A DNA stretch of 64,000 nt from Octopus vulgaris (Eukaryota): the NCBI GenBank assembly GCA_951406725.2, contig OX597829.1, forward strand, positions 8,742,001 to 8,806,000, given 5' to 3'. How positions within the stretch are numbered: position 1 is the stretch's first letter; every line of letters begins with the position of its first letter. A model generated the notes under the pieces. That model saw only the letters and a list, made by a program, of their open reading frames with translations, ran no database searches and had not been told where the DNA came from. Of the stretch, positions 13,070-26,660 are shown in pieces. The position numbers were made by a program, and so were the translations under genes.

Positions 13070-13930
13070 AAACCTAGTGATTTACACTAGATTATTGTAC
13101 AACATCTACTTTCAGCTGTTATTTCAGCTATTGGGTTACAGAGAAGCAGTGTCTACAGATGCGGAGGATATCACTGGTATGTTATCGGATTCTTTATAGA
13201 GAGATGTAGTCAACATCATATTTGGGAAATACAAGGTGTGTAGAGGAGTTCAAGAAAGTCCTTGCCAGTCAGTGGCGATTTCTGCTGAATGAATGTCCAA
13301 TAGGGATATTCACGATCTGGTTTGCACCGGATCTCCAGGTATATATGAACAAGGAAGTGGTTTCAAGCAGGGTGGCAAATCTCTCATAAATAGGCTGTGA
13401 GAAGTTGTGTCTGAAATTTTGGACGTAAGTTGATAATACCTACATTCTCTCGGTGATTTACTACCGTTTGGCTGTCACACCTTGACGAACGAACTATCTG
13501 ATCAGAGTGGAACGTATGCTTTTCCTCTTCCTACAAAACTGATAGATGTTACTGGTCAAGAAGTCTACCTGCAGTAAACATCCTTTCTGTAGCGATCTCG
13601 CGATGCGCACTGATGTTGATATAATTGCAGAAACACGTGCCGCGGCGACGGAAACGAAAGTGAAATAGAATGGGAGACGATTCCTGCGACACACCCCTTT
13701 TCGCAGCTCGTCGATCCGGCCAAGCTGCAATCATGGTCCAAGCTTAGATGGTGGCCCTAATCCTCAGCGTTCAGATTGTTACCCTACTCCCTTTCTTTTA
13801 CACATCAATGGTCTACGTACCATCACATTCAACAACACTGACTTAATGTAAGTTACATAACACTTCAATTCTCCATAATTCCACCTCTACCCAGCTAATT
13901 ATTCATTATCCACAAACAGCCTACATATTA
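13070..13930. mobile_element. Degenerate LINE RT relic (CR1/L2-like)
   Basis: 13755-13815 decodes to PQRSDCYPTPFLLHINGL, resembling PQGSVLxPTLFLLHIND. Adjacent sequence may be inverted relative to it. Confidence 0.35.
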
Positions 13931-14419
13931 GATAACATAAACGGAGGATTTGAGAGGATGCTCCACTAGGGTTGTATCGACCTTGTCTTCGTTAACAGCA
14001 ACAATTTCAAATGTCAAGAACTATAGCCGTTATAAAGTTATGGATATAATTATCAGTGTAATATTCGACAAGTAACAGTATAATTTTATCAGTAGGTGCA
14101 ATTCAGATTATCGAACAATTGGAATATTGGTTAGAAAAAATAAATAAAGCGTCCGTGAGTCCATTATATGATATTTTTTTAATTTACACACACACGCACG
14201 CACGCACAAACACACACAAACACACACACACACATATCTATAAGTTTAACTGCATGTCTGTATGTATGTAAGCACGCATGTATGTATGCACATGATGATG
14301 CAATGTTCAATGAAGAAAGGGCACTCTTCTGAAAAGAAGTTGCATTCAACATGTATGTATGTATGTATGTATGTATGTATGTATGCATGCATGTGTATAT
14401 TTATGTATATACAGAGAGA

Positions 14420-14468
<49 letters not shown>

Positions 14469-14542
14469 GTCTCTACATTTACGTTTTTAAGATTGTAAGT
14501 ATATATCAACTGTGGTTGTGATATCTATGTGTATATGTGTGT

Positions 14543-14592
<50 letters not shown>

Positions 14593-14810
14593 TTCTTATG
14601 TAAGTGTAGTTTCTTAGTATATGTATATGTTATTTTGAGTGTGTACGCTCACTTCTTTCTCAACCAAGTCACTAAAAGTACTAAATGTTAGGTGTTATTG
14701 GTACATAAAAAAAACCAGGTTAATTAATAGCTTCAAATAACCACATGTATGTATCTATGTGTTTGTGTATCTACGTGTACATGCGTATCTCTAAATATGT
14801 GTTAGTATGC

Positions 14811-14903
<93 letters not shown>

Positions 14904-17299
14904 AAGAGAGCGCTTCCTTTGTTTCTTATTCGTCGAATTTCTCTGTTATCTATTTATTATTCTACTTATACATTCTGATCTGTTTTTGTTTTTCTTTTCG
15001 TTCTATGGTGACAGCTGGTGGTGTGGGACAGGAGTGTGGGTGACAGGCGATGTTTTAACTATTTATTTTTTCTAACCTTTTTTGTAGTTATCTGTTTATA
15101 TTTGTTGTTATGCTTTTTTTTTAGTGTTTTCTATTCCGTTTGTTTTTCTATCTCTTACGGCAAACAAATAAACGTGGCGAAATGGTGGTGGTGGTGGTGG
15201 TGGTGACTGAAGAAAAGGGTATGGAATTGTATACTGAAAAAGAATACTGTTAATTGACTCCAGTTCTTCACATCGACTTTCAATGTTATTTATTTAAAAC
15301 TTGCTATTAGTTTCTCTTGGAATGTCTTTTTTAGCAATACATCAAACTGCTTTCTATTGTCTGTAATAGCGAGTGCTCAGAAACACTGCCAGCTGCTGTT
15401 CGAATTCCTCTGTGATTGATCGCTCCACATTTGAGCCCGTACAAACGAAATCATCGCTGACTAATGGCTTGGAATATGACACGTATTTGCTTTACTGACA
15501 TTTTTACCCGTCTCTGTTCGTGTGCCGGAGTTCAATACTTGTCAGATCAAATTTCATTTCGTAGGTTTTGTATCCGATTCTTAAGAACCTGTATAACAGT
15601 ATTTACTTATCTGTTTTGCTCTAAATTCTTATGCTGTCAGTCCTGGTCATGTATGACTCTTCAAAGAAGACATGACCGTTATGTCTTTCCTTCAGATATA
15701 GTGTATCTAAGATTATATTAATCATTAGGTCATTCCTATTTTTAAAGCACGAAGTATGATTTAAGGTGGGGGTTTGATGCAATATTTTGCAGACCGTTCG
15801 CTCTAAATGCCACCCCTATTCTATAGCTCTAGAATAGTTCTACAAACCGAATTTCGGGAACACTTGTTTTATTGTTATCTATGTTTCTACTCATAGCCTT
15901 GTTACAACTGCTTCAGTATGCATATAACAAAGAAATCCTTCCTAACGAGATGAGGCATTTAGTAGATGTTTCGAATAAATTTGTATTTGTATTTGTATTT
16001 GTAAAAGATAATGCAATACTGGATGGGATGAAGCAAAAACTTAAACAGGAACTAATATAGAAAGGAGACACACATGCACAGGCACAAACATGCGCACACA
16101 CAGACACACATTCATGTATATATGCCTATACATAGACGGATATGCACTCATGCACGCACAATCACGGAAGTACATATTCTGTAGAATAGTTTGTTTGTTT
16201 TTAATAAGGATATGAACTTTGAAAGCGTTTGCCGAACGATGAAGATACTGACGAGCACTGTGAGACTACAATCCTGAATTTACTCCGGTGCTGTGCGCTC
16301 TCTGGAAGAGTTTATGGAAGCAGACCGATCTTAAGTATAGCTAAAATATGGATAGGAAGAGAAACTCTCATAACCACAAGGGATAATATTAATGCCTGAC
16401 TAACTTTACATGAGTGTAATCTGTTTCTGTACACATTTTAACAATTTGCCCCATGGTGGTCGAAGGATTCTCGTGACAAATACACAAAATGAACTTCTGG
16501 ATTCTTATATTATATAAGCAGGAGACATCTTTTTACTTCACCACCTCTTTTGTACCAAATTTGTCTCGTTAGAATATTTTAACTAATCGTGGTTCTACAT
16601 CTCGAAAGAACAACGTTTTATTGAATAAATTTGTGAAATAATTTACTTATTATACTCACTTCAGATTTTTGCATTTTGACAATTTTTTAATTGAATTTCC
16701 AAATTCGACTTACAAGGAAACACTAAGGATTCGCAACTTTTGCTGGCGTATCAGTAGCAGAATCACATGATCTTAACTATTTTTGTTCGTAGGTTTTCCA
16801 TTTCGGAAGCATTAAGTTTAATAATCATGCAGTTATTCGTAAGATTCATTAAGAGTCTGAACATGGATAAAGTCCCTCATACCAAAACCCTTTTAGCTTT
16901 CAAATGAGCTAAATGGGATTCGATCAACTGATTCATTTCAGACAAAATATGTCGCTCGCTACTCTGAAGAAATTAGCTGTATTTTTGGAATGTTTATGAA
17001 AAATAGCAATATAAAATGTTTATAAAAGGGCTCTTGTTTACTGCAAACGCTGAATTTACCTCAGCAAATAACCGAGTTGCATAAATTTTCTAAGGTATGC
17101 ATTTTGAAAATTATATTTGGATCTGGCTTAGCGTTGTCTCGTCGTAACTTTATACACCCACGAGAAGATGTTGGCGTGAATAATTGTTGTTTCCTATTGA
17201 TGCTGAGGAAAATTTAATTTGAAGACAAATTTCTGCAAAGCTTCTCTTCAAGAACTCAGAGATAATATGCTTAGTCCGGTTCAGGAGAAAACGTGTGAT

Positions 17300-17800
17300 C
17301 AAAGGTGCCATAACAAGACCTATCTCGTCCTTGAAAGGCAAATTGTGAACTTCATCCGTCTACCGGTTTAACGCCAACAATTCATCTTTAGATGCCTTAA
17401 ATGGATTTCTGCTGCTCATATTCAAGCCAAGCCAGGTCTCCGGACTGAGGATAACCATTCTTCATCAGCTCAGAAGGACCTAAGCTCTGATCTTCGAACC
17501 ATTACTGTGACATAAATTTCTGGACTTCATTACTTTATATTTCTTTTCATAATACACAGAAATAAGTTAAGAAGGTGACTGAAACTGTACTTCTTCCTTG
17601 TATCCATCAATTATTTACTTGCTCTCACACCAACATAATTAATTTGTATGCAGATGACATAACCCTTCTTTCCCCGTAACTTTTCCCTATCATGCGTTAT
17701 CTACTCGCAACATTGATGCTAGTTCACTATTAACATGCTTAGTTCAAGTATAGAGACTACAGTTGCTGTGCATAGAACAACATTCAAATTCAGATTATTC
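17300..17800 (+). mobile_element. Degenerate LINE RT relic
   Basis: NLYADDITL at ~17641-17667, preceded by a decayed LFL..IN motif. Confidence 0.4.
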
Positions 17801-18184
17801 TCCTATAAATTGAATTAAATTTTAATTCGTTCAGCTGGACAACTAGTCTCATCGATCTAGCTTATTATCAATTAATTTTGCTTCTTAAATAAAGGAAAAC
17901 CTTTGGGCTAACAAATGCAATGTTAGCTAAAACAAGAATCGGGTTTCCTACCCCGATGACTGAGGCTGGATCTTTTACATCCTGATGACGGAGACTCTAT
18001 TTATCCAATGTTTATTTGCTTTTAATAGGGCCTGTCTATTGTGGTGAACTATATCTACCGACATGGTGATAGACCTCCGAGCCCCCTGAAACAGTTCTTG
18101 GACTTCTAACAACTTACTTCTTCCCCTTTAACTTTTTCTGTAGTCTAAACTGTGTGTAAGATTGATCTATTATATAAATATCTA

Positions 18185-19783
18185 CAGGCGTCCTCAAAAT
18201 TATTCATGTCCTTGTTAATTTTTGTGATGCATTTTGTCAAGTTTGCTTATGAGTTATATATGACCAACTAGTGAAAGATTAACAACAATGCACAATTCAA
18301 GAAGGTATTTTATTTATGGATTTTCAAAAAATGCCATGTTCAAAATTACACATACTCTAGAATTTATTGAGTCCAATATCTTTTTTTAATAGTCAATAGC
18401 ACAACCTTTGCCTCATATTACTGCTTCTAGACGATTCTTGCACATGTCCACAAGCTTCCTGTATGTCTGCTGTGGCATGATGGCCCACTCTGCCTTGGTG
18501 AAAGCCTCAAGCTGGGTCATGTATAAGTAAAAGATAAGTGTTCTGGTCATGTTCAGTTTCTGATCATCATAGCCAAGAAGAAGGAGACCAGTGAAAGTCT
18601 ACGTCGACGACTTTTGACTGCCCACATTGAAGGAAAGGATTACAAGATCATTTCAAATCAGTATAATGTCCCTGTAGCCATCGTCCAGAGAATAATCAAC
18701 AACCACAAGAGGTTCAACACTGTTAAAACCTTCAGTGGGCGAGGCAGGAAGCGTAAGGTGTCTCCCAAATTTGCCAGGAAAATCTGCCGAGAGGTCAACC
18801 ACAACCCCCGGACTAAAATCAAGGCCTTAATTGAAACGCTTGACTAGGCAGGGACGAAGGTGTCATGTCCACTATTGTGCGGGTTTTGCACATGGACGTA
18901 GGCATCAGAAGACGCCTCTGCTCAGGAAGAAACATCTAGAGGTTTGCCTGGCCTTTGCTAGAGGCCATCTGAAGCAAGATCCCAGCTTTTGGTCAATCAT
19001 CCTGTGGTCTGCTGAGAAGGAGTTAACCATATGGATGCTGAATATGTCTGAACGGAGAAAGGAGAAGCAAAGAACCCGAAGAATACTGTGCTCACCATCA
19101 AGCGTGGTGGTGGAAACATAATGCTATGAGGATGTCTCTCTTCCAGTGACACAGGGAATCTTGTCAAAGTCCAAGGGATCATGAGAAAGGAGGATTACAA
19201 GGAGGATACTTGATGAAAACGTGAAGGTATGGGCAGAGAAACTCCAGCTTGGCCATAACTCGAAATACCAGGAGGACAATGATCTGCAACATAAAACCAA
19301 GTTAGTGGAGAAATGGTTCAAGAACAATGATGTCAACGTCCTAGAATGGCCAAGTCAGAGTCCAGACTCGAATCACATCGAGAACTTGTGGCGAGACTTG
19401 AAAACCAACATGACCCATGAAGACCAGCATGACCCAGCTTGAGGCTTTCTCCAAGGAAAAGTGGGCCAACATTCCCAGAGCAGACATGCAGGAAGCATGT
19501 GGACACATACAAGAATCGTCTAGAAGCAGTCATGAAAAACAATGGCTATGCTATTGGACTCAGTAAACCTAGGGTATTTATAATTTTGAACATGGTATGT
19601 TTTTAAAATCCATGAATAAAATACCCCTGAAATGAAGAATTTCTTGAATTTTGTATTGTTGTTATTCTTTCAGTCGCATATAACTTGTAAACAAACTTGA
19701 CAAAATCATTCATTTCATCACAAAAATAAAAAATAAATAAACACAAAAATTAATAAAGGCTTGAATAATTTTGAGGACGACTG
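18185..19783 (+). mobile_element. Tc1-family DD34E transposon, near full length, inactivated
   Basis: TA|CAG.CGTCCTCAAAATTATTCA ... TGAATAATTTTGAGGACGACTG|TA. Transposase start ATG mutated to ATA at ~18569. Motifs GRGRKRK, ILWSAE, QEDNDLQH and EWPSQSPDSNHIENLW, with frameshifts. Confidence 0.92.
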
Positions 19784-19922
19784 TAGATATTTATGTAATC
19801 AAATATTCATCGTCTGAAAGTCTTCAGTCTTCGCTTCTTCCCTGTTTGCATGTATACACATCTATATATTTTGTATATCAAATCCAGGTTGCTTTGCTTA
19901 ATTTGTTTATCCACATAATTGC

Positions 19923-19990
<68 letters not shown>

Positions 19991-19994
<4 letters not shown>

Positions 19995-20064
19995 GCGTTA
20001 TACTAATACATCTGTTTGTTTTGTACACTACCTGCCTTCGTCTTCTGTTTTTTTCGTAAACTTT

Positions 20065-20068
<4 letters not shown>
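19991..20068 (+). repeat. Partial copy of the short HHR-like (TA)n-associated repeat (3' portion only)
   Basis: GGGCGTTATACTAATACATCTGTTTGTT..ACCTG.CTTC matches 25218-25290 and the reverse complement of 47570-47650; it ends in (TA)n. Confidence 0.7.
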
Positions 20069-20103
<35 letters not shown>

Positions 20104-20754
20104 CATACACACATATATATGCATATGTTCGTGTATGTGTATATATGTACGTACGTAGGTATGTGAGTGTGTTTATGGATAGATGGATGGATGGATGGAT
20201 GCAGAATTCCACAACTAGAAAATATATTTGTCCCATCCCTATGCTGGAATCAGTTTTACAAAACTCGTGGAAAATGAATAATTCCAGCTTCTTCCTGTTT
20301 TTAATTTTCGCACGAAACTCCAGTGTGTGAGAAATTCAAAAGTTTGATATCATCTCCGTTGATGTTTGTTATTAAATCGGTTTTAAAATTAATACTTTTA
20401 ACAGCAGGAAAATTTCATTATGAATTTGCATTTATCAGAAACTTATAAAGAAGCAAATTGTGAGGAATACCAAACCCATCATTCATAAGACCATCGTTGA
20501 TTTTGACGACTCAGGTGTGCAAGTACAAAACGCTACACACACACATACTCACATACGCACACACACTCACATCCACCTATCACTTCAAGTTATATATCTA
20601 TCTCTATATTAAAATATATTTGTATATATTTTAATACGCATACACACACATACACAAACATACAACTACACATACATACATACACAAATATATGTATAAA
20701 GATCTCCTGTGTCATGTAATTTCTTATATTTTCGAATACTTCGAGTTAATATTG

Positions 20755-20960
20755 ATTTCAAATGTTGGCACAAGGCCAGCAATGTCGTGGGAGATGGTAA
20801 GTCGATTATGTCCACTCTTAGGTTCAACTGGCACTTATTTTGTCGATCCCAGAAGGATAAAGAGCAAAGGTAATTTCAACGCCGTATCAATTCAGAACGT
20901 AAGTACGGACAAATACTGCTCAGCATATTGCCTGGCGCGGTAACCACTCTGCCAGCACCT
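20755..20960 (-). mobile_element. Degenerate SINE (family A)
   Basis: Diverged reverse complement of the GGCGAGCTGGCAGA..TACGTTCTGAGTTCAAAT..GGGGTCGA family. Confidence 0.65.
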
Positions 20961-21696
20961 TACTTTTCTTCATGTTGATATTGTCTCTATTTTACAGGAA
21001 TAACCCTTATGTGGTATGTTAAGTAATTTTTTTTCCAGGTCTTTTTTGAGACATGCGAGCCCTCTTCTTCTGGATTCGTATGGGGGTGGGGTTCAAATTC
21101 TTCGCCTCATTTTCCCGTAGTTGGTTGATATATTTATTTTTGCTGCTGTTTTTTGCAGGTACTGACTGAGCAATATCACACGTCAGTCGAAAGCAGTCTG
21201 CGCAAATATTAAGCCTCTACCTCCCTCTTTTTTCCTCAGACAGAGATTGTCAAAATCACTGTCTCTGTGGAAATCTGCACCCAATGTCAGGATCTTACAA
21301 GTTTTAATGTCTACAGTGTGGATTTCGTCTATAAACCAATCGAGTGTCTCGAATGTTCGTATCAACACGGGTATTTCAAACGCATTGTTGGATATTGTCA
21401 TGTTGGAGGAAAGCTTTAAGTGCCACATCTATTTTATTCTTTGAATACTCTATGATTGTTTACAATACCTTTGTATGATATATTTTCGTCAGTACATAGA
21501 TTTTTTCAGCTCTCGTTTCGTATAAAAGAGGAGATAGATCTTTGGCACAAAGAATTTGGTTCGAGGGCACATTTTTCCCACGCTCAGTTGTTTAGTGTGA
21601 ACATATCCTTTGACCAGAAAATATAATAATTAAATTTTCGCGGTTGTAAATATTTTGGACATAATCACTTAGTCTATAAACACATTAGAATATCTA

Positions 21697-21910
21697 AGGT
21701 GGTGAGATGACGGAATGGTCAGCACGCCGGGGAAAATGTTTAGCAGCATTTCGCCCGTCTTTACGTTCTGAGTTCAAATTCCAGCGAGATCCACTGTGGC
21801 TTTTATCCTTTCGAGATCAATAACATAAGTACCAGTAGAGCACTAAGATCAACATAATCGATTCAACTCTCTCTGAAATTACTGGTATTTTGCTAAAATT
21901 TGAAACCAAT
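21697..21910 (+). mobile_element. tRNA-derived SINE (family A)
   Basis: AGGTGGTGAGATGACGGAATGGTCAGCACGCCGG..TACGTTCTGAGTTCAAATTCC, a family recurring about nine times in the window. Confidence 0.8.
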
Positions 21911-22169
21911 ATTAGCGTGTGTTGCTTTTTAAGACCATAGGATATAGCCAGCGGATTTTCTTAGCAAAGATGATGGGCTTGTATCCGAAATAAACAGAAG
22001 GACTGTTAGACTCTCACCTTGAAATATTTTCTTTGAAATAATGACATCAGTAGCAGTTGATGGATGTTCAGTTACAAATGTGAGGATTGTAGACGAAATC
22101 TTCAGGTAATTTTGCAAGCTGTAGTGATTTCAACAGCCTTGAATATGGGATATAGATAAATACATTTCT

Positions 22170-22537
22170 TATTTCTTTATTGCCCACAAGGGATTTAACA
22201 TAAAGGTGGAAAACAGAGGGATTAAGTCGGTTACATCGACCCCAGTGCGTAACTGGTACTTCATTTAACGACCCCGAAAGGATGAAAAGCAAAATCGACC
22301 TCGGCGGAATTTGAACTCAGAACATGAAAGACCGACGAAATACCTATTTCTTTACTACCCACAGGGGGCTAAACGCAGAGAGGACAAACAAGGACAGACA
22401 GACGAATTAAGTCTTATTTAATCGACCCCGAAAGGATGAAAATCCTCGGCGGAATTTGAACTCAGAACGTAAAAGACAGACGAAATACCGCTAAGCATTT
22501 CGCCCGGCGCTCTAACGTTTCTGCCAGCTCGCCGCCT
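22170..22537 (-). mobile_element. SINE family A with internal tandem duplication and 13-bp TSD
   Basis: TSD TAAATACATTTCT at 22157-22169 and 22538-22550. The body GTTCTGAGTTCAAATTCCGCCGAGG..GGGGTCG occurs twice. Confidence 0.85.
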
Positions 22538-23244
22538 TAAATACATTTCTATGATCAAGCTGCAAGTTTCCTGCAGTGTTTATTTACTCAAGCAGAACAC
22601 ATCGTTGTATGCCAAAGGTTGTTCGGCACATACGAAAACACCTTCTTTCCATCCGCCTGTTCATCTGCGACTATACCGATAGGTACGCCACGTTTTTGTA
22701 AACTGTTGCTGCTTATTTCTAAAATGCTTTAAGTTTGTATGTACATACATAAATACATATGTATTCATGTATGAACATGCAAACTTAAGGCATTTCTCTT
22801 AATTTTTAGTTTCCTAGTGTCAAGTTTGTAAACAAGATGAAATTGTTATCGTCTCCTTTGTAAGTGTTTATTGTTTGAATCGTAAGAACATTTAACAAAT
22901 TTTGAAGATTCCACATATCGCAGCCATTTGTAGCTTATGAATTAAGGAGCTACATTCTTTCGACACAAATCCTAATTCAGTTATATTATGGTCCAGGCGT
23001 CTTGGTACATAACCTGTAGTTATGTACCAGCCTGTAGTTCCAACAATATGATTATATGTGCGTATTTGTATGTGTGCATATTTTTCTGTATGAATGTATA
23101 TGCATCTGTGTTTGTATGTATGTTTGAATGCATATATGTATGTACGAATTATATGCATCTGTGTTTGTATATATGCGCTTGTGCACAAGCATATATTAAA
23201 AAATCCCTGTCTTGTGATCAGCAGCTCTTTCAAAGGTGTAAACA

Positions 23245-24525
23245 TCAGGTCATCCCATAAGTTCTGTCCGAATTTTGAATAAAGAAAACAAGTGATTAAA
23301 TGTTATATTTAATGGAAATTTAATCATCAATGTACTTTCCCTGATTATCTATGATTTCCTTCCATTTATTTACAACCTTTTAAATCCAATCAATGTAAAA
23401 CTCTTTTGGTTTCAAAGCGAAGAAGTCTGAAATGTCAGTTTTGACCTCCTCCTGGCTTGCGAAAGTTATGTCCCCCAAATTATTCTGTAAACTACGAAAC
23501 AAATGGTACTCTGAAGGAGCAAGGTCGGGAGAATAAGGTGAATGAGGAATTTTTTCCCAACCAAGCTCTTCGATCTTCTGTGATGTGATATTTGCAGTGT
23601 GGCGTCGCGCATTGTCCTGATGAAGCATCAATCCTTTTCGATTCCCCAAAGCGGGTCTTTTCCCCTTTAAAGCTTGGTTCAAACGCTCTAATTGCTGACA
23701 GTAGACTTGAGCATTGATTGTTGCATTAGGTGGTAACAATTCAAAGTGAATTACTCATTTGCAATCCCACCAGATAAAGAGAGCCTTTTCCCCATGAAGT
23801 TTCCTTCTTGGTTGTGGTTGCGCTTTTTTCCCTTTTACCAAGCCACTGTTTACGACTTTTAACATTTCGATAGAAGATCCATTTTTCGTCACCAGTCAGC
23901 AAAAAGGGTGAAATGAGTTAGCGAGAATGGAGAGAAGAGCAGATATCAACTTGGGATTTGCGGTTGCTTTCGGACAATTCATGAGGCACCCATTTTCCAA
24001 GTTCAGGAACCTTTCCAAGTTGTTGAAGATGACGATGAACAGTTGTATGGTTTGAACTAAGCTTTATTGCTAATGCTTCAACTTATAATGCAGGATTTTC
24101 TTCAAGTAATGCCTCAAGGAGCTTATCATCAAACTCAACTGGATATCCTGTTCGATCTTCATCTTCAAGGCTGAAATATCCACTTCTAAATTTTGCAAAC
24201 CATCTTCTACAAATTCTTTCATTCAAGCATTCTTTCCCATAAACTGAGTATATGTTTCACGTCGAATCGGTTGCAGAGTTTCCTTTTTTGTACTCATAAA
24301 GCATTATGTGCCTCAAATGCTCTTTAGATACTTACATGTTAGAAAGGGCTTTAATCAAAGAAATTTTAATCCTATCATTCTGCAAAATGATATTTAATTA
24401 GTTTAAATGTACATAAATGCCCAAAAATAATTTTTAATTCCATTAGACATTCTATAAATACTATTAAATTTCATTTAATTTTTTAAAAAAAGGTAAAATC
24501 GGACAGAACTTATGGGATGACCTGA
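23245..24525 (-). mobile_element. Full-length (1281 bp) mariner DD34D element with a disrupted transposase
   Basis: TIR TCAGGTCATCCCATAAGTTCTGTCCGA at both ends, TA at 24526-24527. Motifs WVPHEL, TGDEKW, HQDNARRH and YSPDLAPSEYHLF. Confidence 0.95.
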
Positions 24526-25104
24526 TAGTTTTACATTTCTGAAACCAATAATCTAATATGCTAAGTAAACTGACATAAAATAAAGATTTAACGGTGTCGT
24601 TGATAAATGAAAACAATAATCCATATTGATTAACCTACTTCGAAGTATTTAGTTTTCGCAAAGGAAAATTTGGGTAGCTAAATTATATATATGCTTCGGA
24701 TTACATTCAAATTACGAGCGGAAGTGACATGAAACTTACGCACATGTGCTGTAGAAATGCCCAGAGGACATGAAAGGAGGAAAACATTAAGTGTACATGC
24801 GCATATATGTGTATGTATGTATGTATGTATGTATGTATGTATGTATGTATGTATGTATGTATGTATGTATGTATGTAGGTATGTATGTATATATCTATAT
24901 ATCTATCTCTTTCTCTCTATATATATGTATGTATAAATATATATATGTATATATATATATATGTGTGTGTGTGTATCTATGTATCCATACACACAATTAC
25001 TCTCATATATCCGCACGCGCACCTTCTTTTGGGATCGCCAGTACTTTATAATTTCCCCTTCTTCTAAGCTCTTCTGTGAAACTATTTTTTCCCAACCAGT
25101 TGCC

Positions 25105-25293
25105 ATTATTGATCGCTAAATCCATAAGTTTTTTTTTTATTCTCCCTCTGTTTATTCCTCATATTCCTTTCTGTTAAAGAGCGTAGGCTCGAAACGTAAA
25201 AGACTTTCTGACTTTCCCGAGCGTCAAGCTAATGCACCTGCTTGTTGTTCATTCACCTGTCTTCATCTTTTGATTTTCTGTAAATTTCTACTA
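25105..25293 (+). repeat. Short (~190 bp) non-coding repeat with HHR-like motif, ending at TA-rich DNA
   Basis: CTTT-CTGTTAAA-GAGC(GTAG)GCTC-GAAA-CG-TA-AAAG at 25167-25202; homologous to 47568-47762(-). Confidence 0.65.
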
Positions 25294-25410
25294 TGTATTT
25301 ATATATGCATATATTTGTAGATGTGTATATGTATGTACACATTCATATATACACACCTACATACTAAAATTCATACATAGGTACATATAAGTATACAAAT
25401 GTATAATTCA

Positions 25411-26660
25411 CTAGCACAGCGTGTAGACCAAAGAGTAGATTTATATCACAAACTATCACATTTGGAAAATATTGTATCACTGTGACATTTGGAGATTACT
25501 GTAAAGTAGGAGGATAAACAACGTTCTTGGTTTTACCATTTGGTATGAAGAAATTGTTGCAATTTCAAACTATGGAATAATCAACGTAGAGCTGATCATG
25601 AGAAAAGCATTGAGGCATGAGATGAAGTCCAACAGTTTTCAGAGATTATCCTTGACTCTTGTTAATTGACATTGCAAAACTAACTCTTGCTGGAAATTGA
25701 AGTCTCTTGAATTCAATGGACATATCTGCTGGAATCAGTGGAATTTTTGGAATAAACATATTTTCTCCTTTTCCTTGTCTTTCAGGATTGTTGCTTGCAA
25801 AATATGAGAACGGATTTGCCTGACAATTAGTTTAATTCCATTGCACATCTTTGGAGGATCCAGATTTCTCAAAAGCATGATTGGAACTGTTTTCTTCAAT
25901 GTCAGTTTGTGAGAAGGCATTCCAGGAGGATAAAAGGAGTTGAGAAACTCAGCAGGATATTCCACAGTCTCATCAGGATCCACAATGGTATCTAATGATA
26001 AATAATTTTTTTCCTCAATATTGATTGCATAAGTTTCCACTCGACAACTTGGATAGTTTCATTCTTTGGTGTAAATATGTCTCTTTCACAAAGTCAATCA
26101 TGATCTTGAAAATTATGTCCAATGTTTTGGTAGACCTTGGTAATCAACACTTCTAAAGTCCGATCTAACCGAAATCCGATTTGGAAATCCGATTTGGGTC
26201 GAAAGTCAGATTTGGGCCAAAATCTGATTCGTGCCCAAAGTTCGACTTCAATATTTCCTTCCGAGCGCTTCATTTTACACTAACTCCGCGGAACTTCGAA
26301 ACCTCACGAACAAAGCTTTTCTAACATGGATCTAGTTTAAATGAATTGAATTGAAAATATTTTTTTTTAATTCGCAAGGTTTTGTTATTACTTCAGATTC
26401 AGCTTAAATGAAAAACTTATAAATTCAGAAAATTTTAAAGTTCATTTTATAATTTGAATTTTCAATTATTAGCGTATAACAAATCCTCATCCAGACCCAA
26501 TCCCAATGTTGGATGTTCTAGAAAGAAATGAAGAGCAGATTTTCAATCCTGGGATTATACTGATTCCCAAAAGGTATAATATATCCATGTAGAGCAAATA
26601 TAGATTGAGATACAAGAGTTCGAAACGAACGGGGAGACAGAATTTCGTGTTTATTATCAA
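25411..26660 (-). mobile_element. Internally deleted Helitron with PIF1-like helicase C-terminus
   Basis: YPAEFLNSFYPPGMPSHKLTLK..PIMLLRNLDPPKMCNG and FAMSINKSQG*SL..FSHDQLYV. The 3' end CTAG|T is at 25414-25410(-). An ~18-bp minisatellite lies at 26165-26250. The 5' limit is approximate. Confidence 0.85.

Larger units (their letters stand above)
21000..22730 (-). mobile_element. Degenerate R2/R4-group (RLE-type) LINE RT fragment, interrupted by SINEs
   Basis: EQADGKKGV..EQ, IFQGESLTVLLFI and FHRDSDFDNLCLRKKEGGRGLI. Confidence 0.75.

Noticed and set aside
16440-17150. Possible non-autonomous DNA transposon (also 30520-31020 and 33560-34250)
   Set aside because: No TIR pair, TSD or coding motif could be established by eye.
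25735-26040. Host PIF1 helicase exon
   Set aside because: Intronless, frameshifted and followed by a CTAG|T terminus, which fits a Helitron remnant.
26165-26250. Short spaced repeats resembling a CRISPR array
   Set aside because: Degenerate ~18-bp tandem minisatellite without spacers, inside a Helitron, in a eukaryotic context.
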